A stretch of DNA of 64,000 nucleotides from a virus (taxonomy: Duplodnaviria > Caudoviricetes): IMG/VR virus record IMGVR_UViG_3300020112_000420, positions 1 to 64,000 of that record; one strand, given 5' to 3'. The notes under the pieces are model-generated. The model was not told where the DNA came from and ran no database searches. It saw only the letters and a list, made by a program, of their open reading frames with translations. Shown piece after piece: positions 9,276 through 21,074 of this stretch. A program made the translations under genes and the position numbers. Numbering within the stretch: position 1 is the first letter of the stretch; every line of letters starts with the position of its first letter.

Positions 9276-10184
9276 ATGAAGAAGAACACGACGAACACGG
9301 CGGACAGCAAGAACTACACGGCGGACAAAATCGCCAACTTGATTCTTGAGCAGTTGGATAAGGGCGTTTGCCCGTGGACGAAAACGTGGCACGGCGGACT
9401 TGTGCCGCAGTCGGTTGACGGTCGCCCGTATCGCGGTATCAACGCGCTGATTCTCGGCATGTTGCCGTATGACGTGCCGCGCTATGTCACCTTTTCTAAA
9501 GCGAAGGAAATGGGCGGGATGGTGAAGAAGGGCGAACACGGCTACCCCGTGATTCTGTGGAAGCCGTCGAAGTGCGCGGAGAAGGACAAGGACGGCAACC
9601 CCGTTTTGGATAAGGACGGCAACCCGAAGATGCGCCGCTTTATGACGATGCGCGGGTACACGGTTTTCAACGTGGCGCAATGCGAGGGGTTGCCCGAAAA
9701 ATGCTACAAGGTCGAAGGTCTCAAGGCGCATGAGCCGATTGCCGAAGCCGAAGCCATTTGGAACGGGTACGAAGGCAAGCCGCATACGATGTACACCAAC
9801 GGCGATTCGGCGTTCTATGTGCCGATGCTCGATACGATTAACATGCCGAAGATGGGGTTCTTCAATTCGCCCGAAGAGTTCTACGCGACGCTGTTTCACG
9901 AGGGCGTTCATTCGACGGGTCACGAAAAGCGTCTGCACCGCGAGTTCGGTCACGGGTTCGGTACGGAGCAGTATAGCAAGGAGGAACTTGTGGCGGAAAT
10001 CGGGGCGACGTTGCTGTGCAACATGTGCGGCATTACGCGCACGGTGAAGAATGCGGCGGCGTACTGTGCGTCTTGGGCGAAGCATATCAGGGGAGAGCGT
10101 TCGGTCGAAATCGTGTATGCGGCGGCGAGAGCGCAGAAGGCGGCGGATTGGATTATGGGGAAGCGGTACGACAAGGAGGGGTAA
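9276..10184 (+). CDS. ardC: ArdC-family antirestriction / ssDNA-binding protein with zincin-like domain
   Basis: LDKGVCPWTKTW, GRPYRGINALIL, YVTFSKAKEMGG.VKKGE, YTVFNVAQ, FYATLFHEGVHSTGH..RL.R, YSKEELVAEIGA, AAYCASW. Confidence 0.9.
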   Translation: MKKNTTNTADSKNYTADKIANLILEQLDKGVCPWTKTWHGGLVPQSVDGRPYRGINALILGMLPYDVPRYVTFSKAKEMGGMVKKGEHGYPVILWKPSKCAEKDKDGNPVLDKDGNPKMRRFMTMRGYTVFNVAQCEGLPEKCYKVEGLKAHEPIAEAEAIWNGYEGKPHTMYTNGDSAFYVPMLDTINMPKMGFFNSPEEFYATLFHEGVHSTGHEKRLHREFGHGFGTEQYSKEELVAEIGATLLCNMCGITRTVKNAAAYCASWAKHIRGERSVEIVYAAARAQKAADWIMGKRYDKEG

Positions 10185-10245
10185 AATCTGAAAACGGCGG
10201 GAGCGGGAAACCGCCCCGCCATAACCAACCTAAAGGATAAAAACA

Positions 10246-10560
10246 ATGGTAAACGAAATCGTCAGATATCGGAACGCTATGGGAAAGAAGTATGCCCATA
10301 CATTCATAGATTACAATGGAATTGAACATAATCTCGTCGCGGAGTGTTATACGGATGATGATGAAGTTAAGGAGTGGAATGCCCGATGGGATGTGACTGA
10401 TTCTGCGCGTTCCGATGGGGAAGTTCGGACGCATGGAGTGAAGGAAGAAATGGAAATGGGTACGCATTTGTCCGTCTTGTCTGATTTGATAAAGAAGGAC
10501 TATCCTAGCATTAAGCGTCTTGGATTCGATTATGCGGAGCAGGCGTTTATCCAGTCGTGA
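10246..10560 (+). CDS. Hypothetical protein
   Basis: AAAGGA SD. Confidence 0.55.
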   Translation: MVNEIVRYRNAMGKKYAHTFIDYNGIEHNLVAECYTDDDEVKEWNARWDVTDSARSDGEVRTHGVKEEMEMGTHLSVLSDLIKKDYPSIKRLGFDYAEQAFIQS

Positions 10561-10593
10561 ACAAAACAACCAACAACCAAAGAGAAAGGTAAA

Positions 10594-11733
10594 ATGCACA
10601 TGAGCAACGAAGTCGAAAACGAAACCGTGGCGGACACCTCGCTGTCGGTGGTGATTACAACGGATTGGGCGAAGGAACTTCCCGCCCAGATTCATTGGAA
10701 CTACGAGCAGTTGAAAGCGTCCCTTGAAAAGACGCTGGAACCGTTGAAGAACATGGTTCTTGAGAAGACGGATGAAAACGTGAAGTTCGCCAAGGCGAAG
10801 CGGGCGGAAATCAACAAGTTGGGAAAGACGCTTCTCGATGCGCGGGTTGGAACGAAGAAGCGTGTCCTTGCGCCGTTCCTTGATTTCGAGGAAAAGGCGA
10901 ATGCGCTGATTGACATGTGCGAAGAAGCGTCGGCGGGGTTCGACGAGTTCGTGAAGGCGGCTGAAGCGGAAGCCAAGGGGAAGAAGTGGGAAGACATCAA
11001 GGCGTATCTGTTCGCCCGCATGGACGAGGAAATGTCGCAGTACGGCGATATGCGCGAGAAGTCCCTTGATGCGTTCAAGGCGTTTTGCAAAGGGAACGCC
11101 CGTTGGCTGAACGCGACCTACAAGATGATGGACATCCAAGCCGAAATCGACGCGGAGATTGCGCGGTGTATCGAGGCGTACAACAACATTGTCGAAATGT
11201 ACACGTCGGAATACGACGGCGCATACCTTGCGATTGCCAAGGAGGAAATCGTCAAGGACTTCGACAGCGGGCGCGTGACGCTGTTGGTGAGCCGCAAGCA
11301 CCGCGAACACGAGCGCATCCTTGCCGAAGAGAAGGCGAAAATGGAATTGGCGGCGAAACGCAAGGCGGCGGCGGAAGAGGCGGCGGCGGAAGCGGAGCGC
11401 AACCGTCTTATTCACGAAGCGGCGGAGAAGGCGAAGGAAGCGGCGCGACTTGAAGCGGAGCGCGTTCGTGCCGAAGCGGAAGCGGAAGAGCAGAAGCGGC
11501 GGGCGGAAGAGGCGGAGAGGCAACTTGCGGAGCGGTCGAAGGAAGATGAAAAGCCGAGCGTTCCCGCAAATTGCGTGTGCATCGACCGCGACGAATTGGA
11601 GTGTATTAAGCGCATTCTCAACCGCAATGTCAATCGTTTCAGCACCTACGACGAAATGGCGACTGCGTGGAGCAACGAATACTGCGGCGTAGCCATGAAG
11701 GATTGGATGTTCTCGCAGAAGAAGGGGGCGTGA
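10594..11733 (+). CDS. DUF1351-family protein with long charged coiled coil
   Basis: IHWNYEQLK...V...DENVKFAKAKRAEINKL..TLLDARVGTKK pattern; Glu/Ala/Arg-rich C-terminal coil. Confidence 0.65.
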   Translation: MHMSNEVENETVADTSLSVVITTDWAKELPAQIHWNYEQLKASLEKTLEPLKNMVLEKTDENVKFAKAKRAEINKLGKTLLDARVGTKKRVLAPFLDFEEKANALIDMCEEASAGFDEFVKAAEAEAKGKKWEDIKAYLFARMDEEMSQYGDMREKSLDAFKAFCKGNARWLNATYKMMDIQAEIDAEIARCIEAYNNIVEMYTSEYDGAYLAIAKEEIVKDFDSGRVTLLVSRKHREHERILAEEKAKMELAAKRKAAAEEAAAEAERNRLIHEAAEKAKEAARLEAERVRAEAEAEEQKRRAEEAERQLAERSKEDEKPSVPANCVCIDRDELECIKRILNRNVNRFSTYDEMATAWSNEYCGVAMKDWMFSQKKGA

Positions 11734-11734
11734 C

Positions 11735-12445
11735 ATGGAGCGCGTCAAAGACAACGATGGCAAAGTGCATTTCCGAGGCGTTTGTCAGAAGACGATATGC
11801 GGACGGGTGACGGACTGCAAAGACCTTTTGGGAAAACCATTGTTTGCCATGTCGAACACGGGAAAGCCCGTGACATGTCCCGATTGTGCTAAACTCTACT
11901 GCCGTATCAAGAACACCCCGTGGAACGAGGTGGACGACGCGGCAATGGATAAGGCAATGTACGATGCGGTAAAGTTGGACGATGAAATGGATGTTGGAAA
12001 TGAATAGCGAAATGAAGATTGTAAACGTTCCAAGGATGTTTCGGTATGGCGACTACATCATCAATGCCGAGCGCGTCGAATCGGTCAAGTTCAACAAGAC
12101 CTACGGTGCTAACATATTCCTTATCGGGTGCAAGACACCGTATTGGTGTCCGAATGAAGTGGCAGAAATCTGGTTTTCTCATGTAATGGATTTCAAGAAG
12201 GAGCAGAAATGAACGTCGCACCTTGGAACTTTGACACGCGCAACCCGACGACGGCCGCGCAGAGCATCCGAGAGCAAGACGTGTTGGCGGCTTCCGACGC
12301 GCTGGCGGCTTCGGTTCTCGATTTTGAGACATTGGAGTGCTTGGCTTGCGACGGCAAGAAGGACTGCGGAACATGCGCGTGGAAGAAGTTGGGGGAACTT
12401 GCGGAGAAATACCAAAACGAGCGGGAAGGAAGAGTGAAGAAATGA
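11735..12445 (+). CDS. Three small hypothetical ORFs (11735-12007, ~12000-12212, 12209-12445), Cys-rich
   Basis: Tightly coupled overlaps; CxxC motifs in the first and third. Confidence 0.5.
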
Positions 12446-12819
12446 AAATGATATACACGTCCTACTTCGGTTCATTGAAGCGATTGCCCGCCGATTTCGT
12501 ACCCGTGGCGATATGCGGCAAAATGGTATTTCCGTGGCACGGGCTTCGCTATCCGAAACTTGCGCCGAAGAAGTGCTTTTTCGACGTGTGGAAGAAGACG
12601 CACGACAACGGATATTACGTCAGCCACTACGAGCATCAAGTGTTGGCGGCGTTAGACCGCAACGAGGTCATCCGAGAACTGCGCGAGTTGGTGGGTGACG
12701 ACAGCAAGACGATATGCCTTGTGTGCTACGAAACGCCCGACAAGTTTTGCCATCGCCATTTGGTTGCCAAGTGGCTCGGTTGTGCGATGGAGTGGTGCGC
12801 CGAAGACACGACGATTTGA
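12442..12819 (+). CDS. DUF488-family protein
   Basis: MIYTSYF..., LAP, ICLVCYE.PDKFCHRHLVAKWL. Confidence 0.75.
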   Translation: MKMIYTSYFGSLKRLPADFVPVAICGKMVFPWHGLRYPKLAPKKCFFDVWKKTHDNGYYVSHYEHQVLAALDRNEVIRELRELVGDDSKTICLVCYETPDKFCHRHLVAKWLGCAMEWCAEDTTI

Positions 12820-12837
12820 AAACGGAGGTAGTGAAAA

Positions 12838-13958
12838 ATGAGTTTAGACGTTGCAATTCAGACGTTCCTTGCGAACAAGGACAGTATCTTTTGGAGGAAT
12901 GTCGATAAGCGCGGCATTGTGAAATACTACTACGCCGAGGATAGGGTGTATGTCTTGAAACTTGGAATGACCCATGCGTTCGTCAAAGGGAGAAGCCCGA
13001 AGGATGCGTGGCGTAGATACTGCCGCGAGAGAGACAAGGCGTTTGGATTTACGGAGGACAAGTGATATGGTATCAGAATCGGAATACATGCATAAACTCA
13101 TACAACCTATTCCAACGATTGCAGAAACCATGCATAACTACATTCGCGATGAAGCGAAGCGTCTTTATCCCGTCAAGGAATCGCCGCTTGCCGCGCTCGT
13201 CGGAATGGACGCATGGATGAAAGGAAACTACAAATGAGCGGTGAAGAAAAAGATTTTAAGCGCGTTGAACGGTTTGAGTGCATCCATTGCGGTCGTCTAT
13301 TCAAGACAATGCGGCATGACTGCAAGTTTGACCCCAAAAAGAAAAACTGCTTGTCTTGCAAGCATTGCCAAGGTCAGGAACCCGCCGTCGGTCATATTGA
13401 AGAAGGCGACTACGAGGACGCATACTTTAAGTGCGCGGCTGGAATGGATGGTAGTTGTAGTGGAATTGATGCCATTCAGAGCGTCGGGTGGAATATGCAA
13501 TGCGATAAGTGGGAACTCATCGACGGTTGGAAAGGTCGCGTTTCCTACTGTGAGCATTTGCGAAAAATTTGGGAAAAGGAGTTTGACAAAAACAAGAAAG
13601 AACTTGAAAAAATGACGGGTCTTTCGGAGGTGTTTTAATGCCGATACCAGACAACTATATCTTCCCGATGTCGGAGCGGATGAAGCGGAAGGAAATGCCG
13701 AAGCGTCTGCGGTGGGTGATTAAAACCAAATACGGCGTATTGGGCTACTATTCATACGACACGAACCGACATGTCCGTAAGTCAGTTCTGGCGTTCCGCT
13801 GTCCCGCCAAGGCGGAAAAGGTGGCGAAGGTGCTTAAGAACAGAACTGGCATGGCGCATTCTGTCGAAATCCGAAACGAGAAGTTTACGGGCGAAGGAAC
13901 GCGGGAAGAGCGTCGCATTCTCGGCAACACGACACCCGCGATAACGAGGGTATCGTGA
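12838..13958 (+). CDS. Four small hypothetical ORFs (12838-13065, 13067-13237, 13234-13638 Cys-rich, 13638-13958)
   Basis: Coupled starts and stops; SD motifs. Confidence 0.5.
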
Positions 13959-14113
13959 CATGAGAAAGTTCAGAGCGCGTCTTGCGCTGATAATCGTGTT
14001 GCCCGCCGTTCCGTTTGTCGCGCTGTCGTTTGCCGTGGCGGGCTACTATGAAGACGTTTCGGCGGCGTTCTCCAATTGGATTCGTGATTTCAAGAAAGGG
14101 TCGTTTTAGGAAA

Positions 14114-14407
14114 ATGGCACATCAGAGTGACGTAAACAAGTACCGTTTCAGCGGTCGGTGCAGTAATCGCGTCGGAGCGATACTCATGTATGTCGCGCAC
14201 AAGCGCAAAACCTCGGTTTCCAATATCATCAACGCGCTGATAGCGGATGGTGTCGGTAAGTTGTGGGGTGAAATGCCCTATGATGAGCGTGTCGTCATCA
14301 GCGACATACAAGACAGCATACTTATGAGAAATAAGGTAATCCGTGAAAAATATGACAAGTTGACGCGGGATGGATTTTATCGACGCAAAGGGTATGCAAA
14401 GGGTTAG
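14114..14407 (+). CDS. Small DNA-binding protein (ribbon-helix-helix-like) adjacent to candidate origin
   Basis: YRFSGRCSNRVGAILMYVAHKRKTSVSNIINALIADG pattern; AGGA SD. Confidence 0.45.
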   Translation: MAHQSDVNKYRFSGRCSNRVGAILMYVAHKRKTSVSNIINALIADGVGKLWGEMPYDERVVISDIQDSILMRNKVIREKYDKLTRDGFYRRKGYAKG

Positions 14408-14575
14408 AGACCCTATGGCTACCCTATCCATACCCTATGCAAAGGGTATACAAGGGGTATGCAAAGGGTCTTTGACCCTTATGTACTGTACATGTACAGT
14501 ACATATAATGTATATGTATAATAAAATAAGAAGAGTATACAATAGAGAAAGGGGATATAAAGGGGGAAACAAGCC
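14385..14575. repeat. Candidate replication origin: direct/inverted iterons, palindrome, AT-rich tract
   Basis: Repeated (A)AAGGGTATGC / ACCCTAT units in both orientations; perfect palindrome tactgtacatgtacagta; following AT-rich stretch. Confidence 0.55.
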
Positions 14576-14589
14576 GTTGGGAAAAAATG

Positions 14590-14695
14590 AAAACACCCCC
14601 TTGACGGTAGAGGTGATATTATGTTATTATATGTGTGTCAAGAGGGGGAAGAGTTTGGCACGGTGCTGAACGCCCCGAATGGCGGAAGGAGAAAT
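14590..14695 (+). promoter_or_regulatory. Early promoter P2 with leader
   Basis: TTGACG(14601) N18 TATTAT(14625); gtcaagaggggg; ggcacggtgctgaacgccccgaatggcggaagg. Confidence 0.75.
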
Positions 14696-15367
14696 ATGAA
14701 AAAGGTCGAGTTCTACGGTGGTACGAATTGCGTTCAAATTTGTTTTTGCGGATATAATTGGCTTATGAGCATGGATGCGCTCAACAAGGAAGCCGCGAAA
14801 CTTCAGCGAGAAGCCATCCGAATCGTGAAGGCGGCTGGCGCATACGACGAGTTCAACGAATACGATGTACATGTCGTCTTTCACGAAAAAAAGTTGTTCG
14901 TTTCGGTTTGTGGGAATCGGAACGTGTGCAAGGCAATCGTGAACGAAGCGAAGCGTCGTCATTTCAAAGAGGCGTTCTAAAGTACGGAAAACAAGGAGGG
15001 AATCAGAATGGAACTCTACGGCAAGGTGGTCTACGCAATTCATTGGCTTTTGCTGAACAAGTTACGGACAGATGAGCGGTATCGCATGATGTTCTGCACG
15101 GCGGGGTTGAAGTACCATATCGTTCACCGTGACAGCGCATTGGGACGATATGATGTCGTTCGATTTGAGAAGGACGTAAACCCGTCGCTGTTCCCACGGG
15201 CGAAGGTGGCTATCAAGAAGATAAAAGAGGTCTACCGATTGGCGAATATCAACGTCTGCGTCGTCATGGACGACGACAAGAAGACGAACGCCTACGAAGA
15301 TAAGGATTGGGACGGGTTGCCCGATGTCAAGGCGTATGCCGAGGAAAGCATGTCGTCTTGCTTGTGA
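14696..15367 (+). CDS. Two early hypothetical proteins (14696-14980, 15008-15367)
   Basis: Strong SD (aaggag, aaggaggg). Confidence 0.6.
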
Positions 15368-15374
15368 AAAACAA

Positions 15375-15450
15375 AAAAATACCCCATTGACATTCGTGAG
15401 GTAGAAGTGATACAATGTTCTTGTTGACGGGGAAAAGGCGAGTGCCGAAC
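15375..15450 (+). promoter_or_regulatory. Early promoter P3
   Basis: aaaatacccca TTGACA(15387) N18 TACAAT(15411). Confidence 0.7.
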
Positions 15451-15513
15451 CCCGAAGACGAAAATCCGTGCGACATGGAGGTATGTCGCGGAAAGAAGGA
15501 GAAGGTGGTTGAA

Positions 15514-16146
15514 ATGGGTTGGACGTATTACAACGCGAATCATTATACGAAGCGCGGAACGGTTGACCGCAAGGCGGAATGCGACAGCATGTTCAACACG
15601 TCGTGGAACTATACGGACAAGGACGGCATCGTTCACCCGTTGAGTGACCGTGTTGTCAAGAGCGCGATGGTCGGTCGCGTTTGGTACGGCGCGGTCGAGC
15701 GTTCGGAAGGTGGCGTTCCGAAGTATACGACGGCGTTGGTGCTTCTCACGAGTAGCGACAATAAGCGAGGTTGGAACTTCGGCTACAAGGACATGAGCGA
15801 GAGCATGGGGCCGTTTGAGCGTCAATGCCCCGTTTCGGTTCTCAAATGTCTGTCAAGCATTGAGGAACTAAAGTCGAAGAGCGGTTATGTTGGATATGCC
15901 GAAGAATGGCGGCGCGACTGCTATGCGTATGCGGAAAACAAGGGCAAGACGGAAAAGGCGCGTGTTCCCGCCTGCATGACGGCGAAGTATCGTGGCGGGT
16001 GGGTTTTGTCTTCGGCGAACTACCGTCGTCACAACCGATATGTTGGCGTTCGATACGGTCGTTGCAACAAGGAGAAAGCCGTCAAGACGTTCGTGACACA
16101 GTATTGCCCGATGATGGCAATGGTTAAGAAGGTGTCGGCGGCATAA
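15514..16146 (+). CDS. DUF6927-like protein
   Basis: MGWT..., WYGAVE, ALVLLT, FGYKDMSESMGP..QCP.SVL, AEEWRRDC. Confidence 0.6.
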   Translation: MGWTYYNANHYTKRGTVDRKAECDSMFNTSWNYTDKDGIVHPLSDRVVKSAMVGRVWYGAVERSEGGVPKYTTALVLLTSSDNKRGWNFGYKDMSESMGPFERQCPVSVLKCLSSIEELKSKSGYVGYAEEWRRDCYAYAENKGKTEKARVPACMTAKYRGGWVLSSANYRRHNRYVGVRYGRCNKEKAVKTFVTQYCPMMAMVKKVSAA

Positions 16147-16170
16147 TGGGGAAACGGAGGTAGTTGGAAT

Positions 16171-16515
16171 ATGACACAGGCGTTTTTCAACGAAATCGCA
16201 AAATTGCGAAAGACACAGCCAGCCGACACGGTGATGGTTTTCCATGCTGATGATTGCTTCTGCTATGTCTACGGCGTTTTCGACTGCATGTATGTCGGCG
16301 CGGCGTTAGGCATTGAGACACAGAAGGATGTGGACGGAGCGTTCTACATGTGTTTCAAGACGTGCGACGAAAACGGGAATACGACGATTGACGATACGCT
16401 TTCCCGTATCGCATTAAGGCAAAACGTCGCCTATTGCGAACGCGGAGAGCCGAAGCGTGGCATTTGCCATTACAAGGTGGTCAAATTCATCGAGAGAAAG
16501 GAAAACGAAAAATGA
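16171..16515 (+). CDS. Stand-alone MutS domain-I-like protein
   Basis: Resembles the MutS-I pattern (EIAKLRKTQPADTVMVFH..D...VYGVFDCMYVGAALGI...MCF...IDDTLSRI...NVAYCER). Confidence 0.45.
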   Translation: MTQAFFNEIAKLRKTQPADTVMVFHADDCFCYVYGVFDCMYVGAALGIETQKDVDGAFYMCFKTCDENGNTTIDDTLSRIALRQNVAYCERGEPKRGICHYKVVKFIERKENEK

Positions 16516-17987
16516 AAACTGAAATCGAAGAACTGCGTGACAAAGTGGCGGCATTGACCGTAAAGAACGAGTTGTTAAGTTGCGAAATAAAGCGCAAGGA
16601 GTCGGAGGTTGCGCACTGGCGGGCGATGGCGTTGGAGGAGAACGGCGCGGCAGATGCGCTTGCCAAGGCATGTCAGACGTGCAAGTATAAGTCATCAGTC
16701 GAAAAGATTATGTCGGTTGACACCATGCTTTGCACAAAGGGATTCGCTGATTGCCCTTATGTCGAAGTCGTCAGGAAAATTCAGAATGAAACATCAGAAA
16801 GCGGTCTGAAATGAGAAAGCCGATTGTGACACAGTTCGGGAAATGCACAAGGACTGACTGCGACGCAAATTGCCGAGGTTGGTGTCAGTCGCCGTGCGAA
16901 GAGCGCGAGAATGCTATCCGAAACCAAGAAGAAGGGAATTGAACCGTGAAGAACATCAACAAATACCGAACGCCATTGGATAAGGCAAGGGCTTTTGATG
17001 CGTATCTCAATACCGTTGAAGGAGACAGGGCGTTGAGCCATTTCATTGAATTGTTGCAAAGAAAATCGGGAAGTTTTGTAGGGCGCACATCGGCATTATA
17101 CGGCATGTGCTTCAATGCGTGGCTTCATTCCAACTCGGACTGTGTTCGTGTTCCACGAGGAACAGAAAGAGAAAACCCGTGAGACATAGGCGCGATAAGG
17201 TTTACGGCTTATGGATGAACCATCGGGAAATCCGAAACATGATGCGCCGCGTTGATAGGGCATGTGCGGTTCAATGCGGCATGACCATGAAGCAATGGAG
17301 AGCATATGAAAAATCGCCGTGCTTCAAATGCGCCGATGAGTATGCAGACATGGGAGAAGAGCCAAAATGCAGGGAGTGCAATGAGCAAGGTAAAGTTTTT
17401 CGTTAAGATAGGCGATACGGTTATCAACGAGATAATCCGAGAATTGAAGAAGCATGACAACGACCATGCAAAAGGTCTTGTCTTGTCGCTTCAAGGCTCA
17501 ATCGACAAGGCGGTGATAACCAAAGACGATTCTATTTATGAACGCAATTCGCATTTGACGCAAGATGATGTAAAGAACGGAGAAGTCGCTGGTCTTTTGA
17601 GTTCCTTGCGATTCTATTCTTCGATTTATGAACCTCATACGGCAAGCGTATTGTTGGCGGCACATGAACTTATATTGCGTCTTCTAGGTTCGCGTGAGAA
17701 GAGGAACATTCTTTGCAGTTCCTATAAGTCGCAACTGAACGAATTGCAGAGTCAACTCGACGACATTCACAAGGAAACCTTTTGACTACATGTCGCGATA
17801 CAAGGTCGATGTCTTGTTTGACGGAAAATGGTGCTGTACGGAATACACCAAGTCGAAGGATTGGGCGCATGAATGGTTTGATTTCCTTGCCTACAAAGTC
17901 CAAGACAAGGACATTCGGTTGCTTCAGCAAGATGAAAACGGAAGGTGGACGATTGTTCTTGGAGAAAGGAAGGTAGTTAAGACATGA
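16512..17987 (+). CDS. Run of small hypothetical ORFs (16512-16814, 16946-17182, ~17179-17406, ~17381-17785, 17790-17987)
   Basis: Coupled overlaps; individual starts uncertain. Confidence 0.45.
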
Positions 17988-18625
17988 GCAGTTCCAAAGA
18001 AGAAGACATCGCAAGCGTCTATAAAATACAATATGGTATACGCTGTTATCTCGGTACGCGGGAATACATTTGCATACCGAACGTGTCGTGGGGTTTCTTC
18101 AAGAACATCGAGTGCGACATGATTGCCATTGGCGGCAACAACAAGGTTCACGAATATGAAATAAAGCGTTCGTGGTCAGATTTCATGGCCGACTTCAAGA
18201 AAGTCCATTTCCACGACGACATACGGATTTGCAACATGACGTATGTTCTGCCGAAGTCGTTTGCCGATGAGCGGCTTGTCGCGTTCTGTGCGAACAACTA
18301 CAAGAACTTCAAGCGCGAGTTTGACTTTCTGTTCTACAACGATGACGACGGTGGCATTGTTCCGAAGGAGCGCATTACCGTGACAACGCAATGGGGTGGG
18401 TATGGCACGACAATGGCGTTCCCGAAGCAGTATCAGAGCGAAACGTACATCACGCCCGACATGCTGACAACCATACGGGGAAACGACGCGGCAGAACCGT
18501 ATCGGCGCGGGCTATTCCTCGAGGAACGCGCCAAACTGTATCGCCTTGCGCTTATCAAGATTTGGTCTGACATAGCGAAAATCGAAAAAAACACCCTTGC
18601 TGGTAGAAGCGATAATATGGTATAA
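17984..18625 (+). CDS. MmcB-like PD-(D/E)xK nuclease-fold protein
   Basis: CIPNVSWGFF..ECDMIAI...VHEYEIKRSWSDFMADFKK. Confidence 0.65.
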   Translation: MSSSKEEDIASVYKIQYGIRCYLGTREYICIPNVSWGFFKNIECDMIAIGGNNKVHEYEIKRSWSDFMADFKKVHFHDDIRICNMTYVLPKSFADERLVAFCANNYKNFKREFDFLFYNDDDGGIVPKERITVTTQWGGYGTTMAFPKQYQSETYITPDMLTTIRGNDAAEPYRRGLFLEERAKLYRLALIKIWSDIAKIEKNTLAGRSDNMV

Positions 18626-18630
18626 TGTCG
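18586..18630 (+). promoter_or_regulatory. Early promoter P4
   Basis: aaaaacaccc TTGCTG(18597) N18 TATAAT(18621). Confidence 0.65.
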
Positions 18631-18656
18631 TCATCTAATGGAAAAGGAAGGAAAGC

Positions 18657-20917
18657 ATGACGGAAACCGAGAGAAGGCAGATAGCGCAGTTCGCCAAGGA
18701 AGTTCGCAATGCGGTGGCTTGCAAGAATCCGGGGAAGAAGGAACGCAAAGTCTTGAGGGCCGTAGATGGAATTGACCTTGTGACGGGAATTATTACGAGG
18801 GATTCTGCAAAATGAAAAACAACCGCAACAAGAGCATGAAGCCGTTGAGCCAACCCGACACAATTGGCGTGCCGTTTGGCGACCTTGAGGGGGATGATGG
18901 CGCACTTGAGCGTTTCCAAGACACAAAAAGGAAAATGTATGGTATTGGAGTGGCGATTCGTAAGATTGCTCCGATTCGACGCATGAGCAAGAGCGCGTTT
19001 GCAAAATGGAAATCTGGCATTTGCTACATTGGTGATGATGAACCGTTGCGCAACCACATTTGAATAAAAAAACAAACGGGAGAACATGGAAAAATGAAAC
19101 GAGACAAGGATGACGGTCTGTATGTGATGTACCATGGTGACGTGTATCGCGTCGTCAAGTACGCGAAATGCGACAAACGCCATTGTTCTCTTTTCACAAA
19201 AGGCAAGTGCGACCACTACGGACTCGTTCGCGATTGCCCGTGCTTTCCGCTGATTGACATTATCGACAAGGCAACGCCAATGACGCAAGGCGTGACGTTT
19301 CAGCGTGTCCGTCTATTCGACCGTCCGCATTGCGACAAGTGCGTTCACTTGGCGCGTTTTTCTGAAACGGGCGCGAAGGGTAGGCGCGTCTGGTGGATGG
19401 AATGCCCGCACAACAAGAACATGAAGAAGTGGGATGGCTCTCTCGCTTCGCATTGTTGCAACTACACGAGGGGCTGTTGATTCCTTGACGACATGACGCG
19501 GAAAGAAAAATACGGCGAACGCGCCGACGCGGAATTTGAAAACGCAATGGCGTGGTATGCACAGCACCATGAGCGTTGCAAGGAGAATTGCGGGCGTTGC
19601 GGAGAAATCGACTGCAAAGAGGCGTGGATGGCTACGGAACTCGATGAAAACGGCGACCCGATATGCAACTGATTGCCATAGCGATTGTCGGCATGTTCTT
19701 ATTCGTCTCTTGTGCGGTCATCGTGCATTACAAACCAGACGGAGAAGAATGGAAGGGAGTTGAAGAATGACAGACCCTTTATTTTTTGTTCTTTCCAATG
19801 ATTGCATGGTTAATCCTAAACGAATCATCGGGTACAAAAATAGAAAATTGTATCTCGATGGTCTTAAAGAGCCGTATTTTGTATTAACAGAAGAAGAGGA
19901 CAAGAAACTTATAAAAATACTTGAAGTGAAAGGAATGATTGACGATGGCGAAGAGGTTATTTAAGGCGGCGTTGGGGTTCTGCGTTGGAGTAATGACAAT
20001 TCCACTCGCGGCAATCGCATACCCATTTTTGATTTCGTATTACCTTTACACAGAGAACACCGAGGACTACGACATTATCTGACTATGAGCGGTTCTGAAA
20101 ATAATAACGCCGAATGCCTTTGTGAAACGTGCGCTTACTGCATTGAAAGCGTTTATGGTAAAAAGAGATGCGGATTTAGCATAGTTTGGAAATTGGAAGG
20201 TCGCAAGACGTGTAAAAACTATCACAACAAAAAAATTCCTTTCGTATCTACCGAAAAGACTACATACCGTGGTCAGGTGTTCGGAATCCGCATGACATCG
20301 CCTACGGTAAGGCGTTCTGATTATGAGGTGAAGACGACGAGGAAGTTCGGTGAGCGTTCCGAATGTTGGCATGGCGGAGGGATGTTCAAAAGCAAGACAA
20401 ATTGAAGACACGAAGGGAAATCGAAAAAATGACGGTTGACTTCAGAATCGGGTTTTCGCACGAAGTGTTGCAGTATTTTGCTCATTTCAGATACACGGGA
20501 AGATACAACGAGAGTTGCAACAAACTCGCGCTTAACCTTTGCGAAGCGATGAACAACACGATTGAAGCGTCCATCAAGGAGCAGAACATATTACCCGTTT
20601 CGGTAGAACACGCAAGAGAAGCAGCCAAGGGGAGCCAGACAATGCACGTCTGGCTTGACATTTCGACCATTGGCGGAAAAATCATCTGCGAGGTTTTGTT
20701 CGACCCGACGAATGAGCAGAACACATGGGGCGGGCCGAGGAAGATTAAAATGGCGTACAAGTTCGCGGATTGCCTTTGCGAGTATGTCAAGAACTTCCGA
20801 AAGACGGCGGTTCGCAACGGTGCGTGGCCGAAGGATTGGAAGTTCATTGAACTTCGGCGCAAGATGCCGTCGTGGGCGGGATATGGTCTGACCGAAGACG
20901 AAAAGAAAGGCGACTGA
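18657..20917 (+). CDS. Cluster of small hypothetical ORFs (18657-18815, 18812-19063, 19094-19480, 19767-19964, 20085-20405, ~20429-20917)
   Basis: SD motifs and overlaps; several Cys-rich. Confidence 0.45.
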
Positions 20918-21074
20918 CGAGCAATGAAGACATGCGAACACAAGGAACGCGCCGTATGGATTCAAGGCACGACGTTGAATTTGGGATGCTGGCGTTGCTC
21001 CATAACGCACAATGAATGTTCATGGGCTAAAATGAAACAATGCCCGTTCTATACAAAACAAAGGAAAACAAGAA

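Noticed and set aside
14370-14669. ORF 14370-14669 as a real protein
   Set aside because: It is the translation of the iteron/AT-rich tract and promoter P2, with low-complexity composition and no SD.
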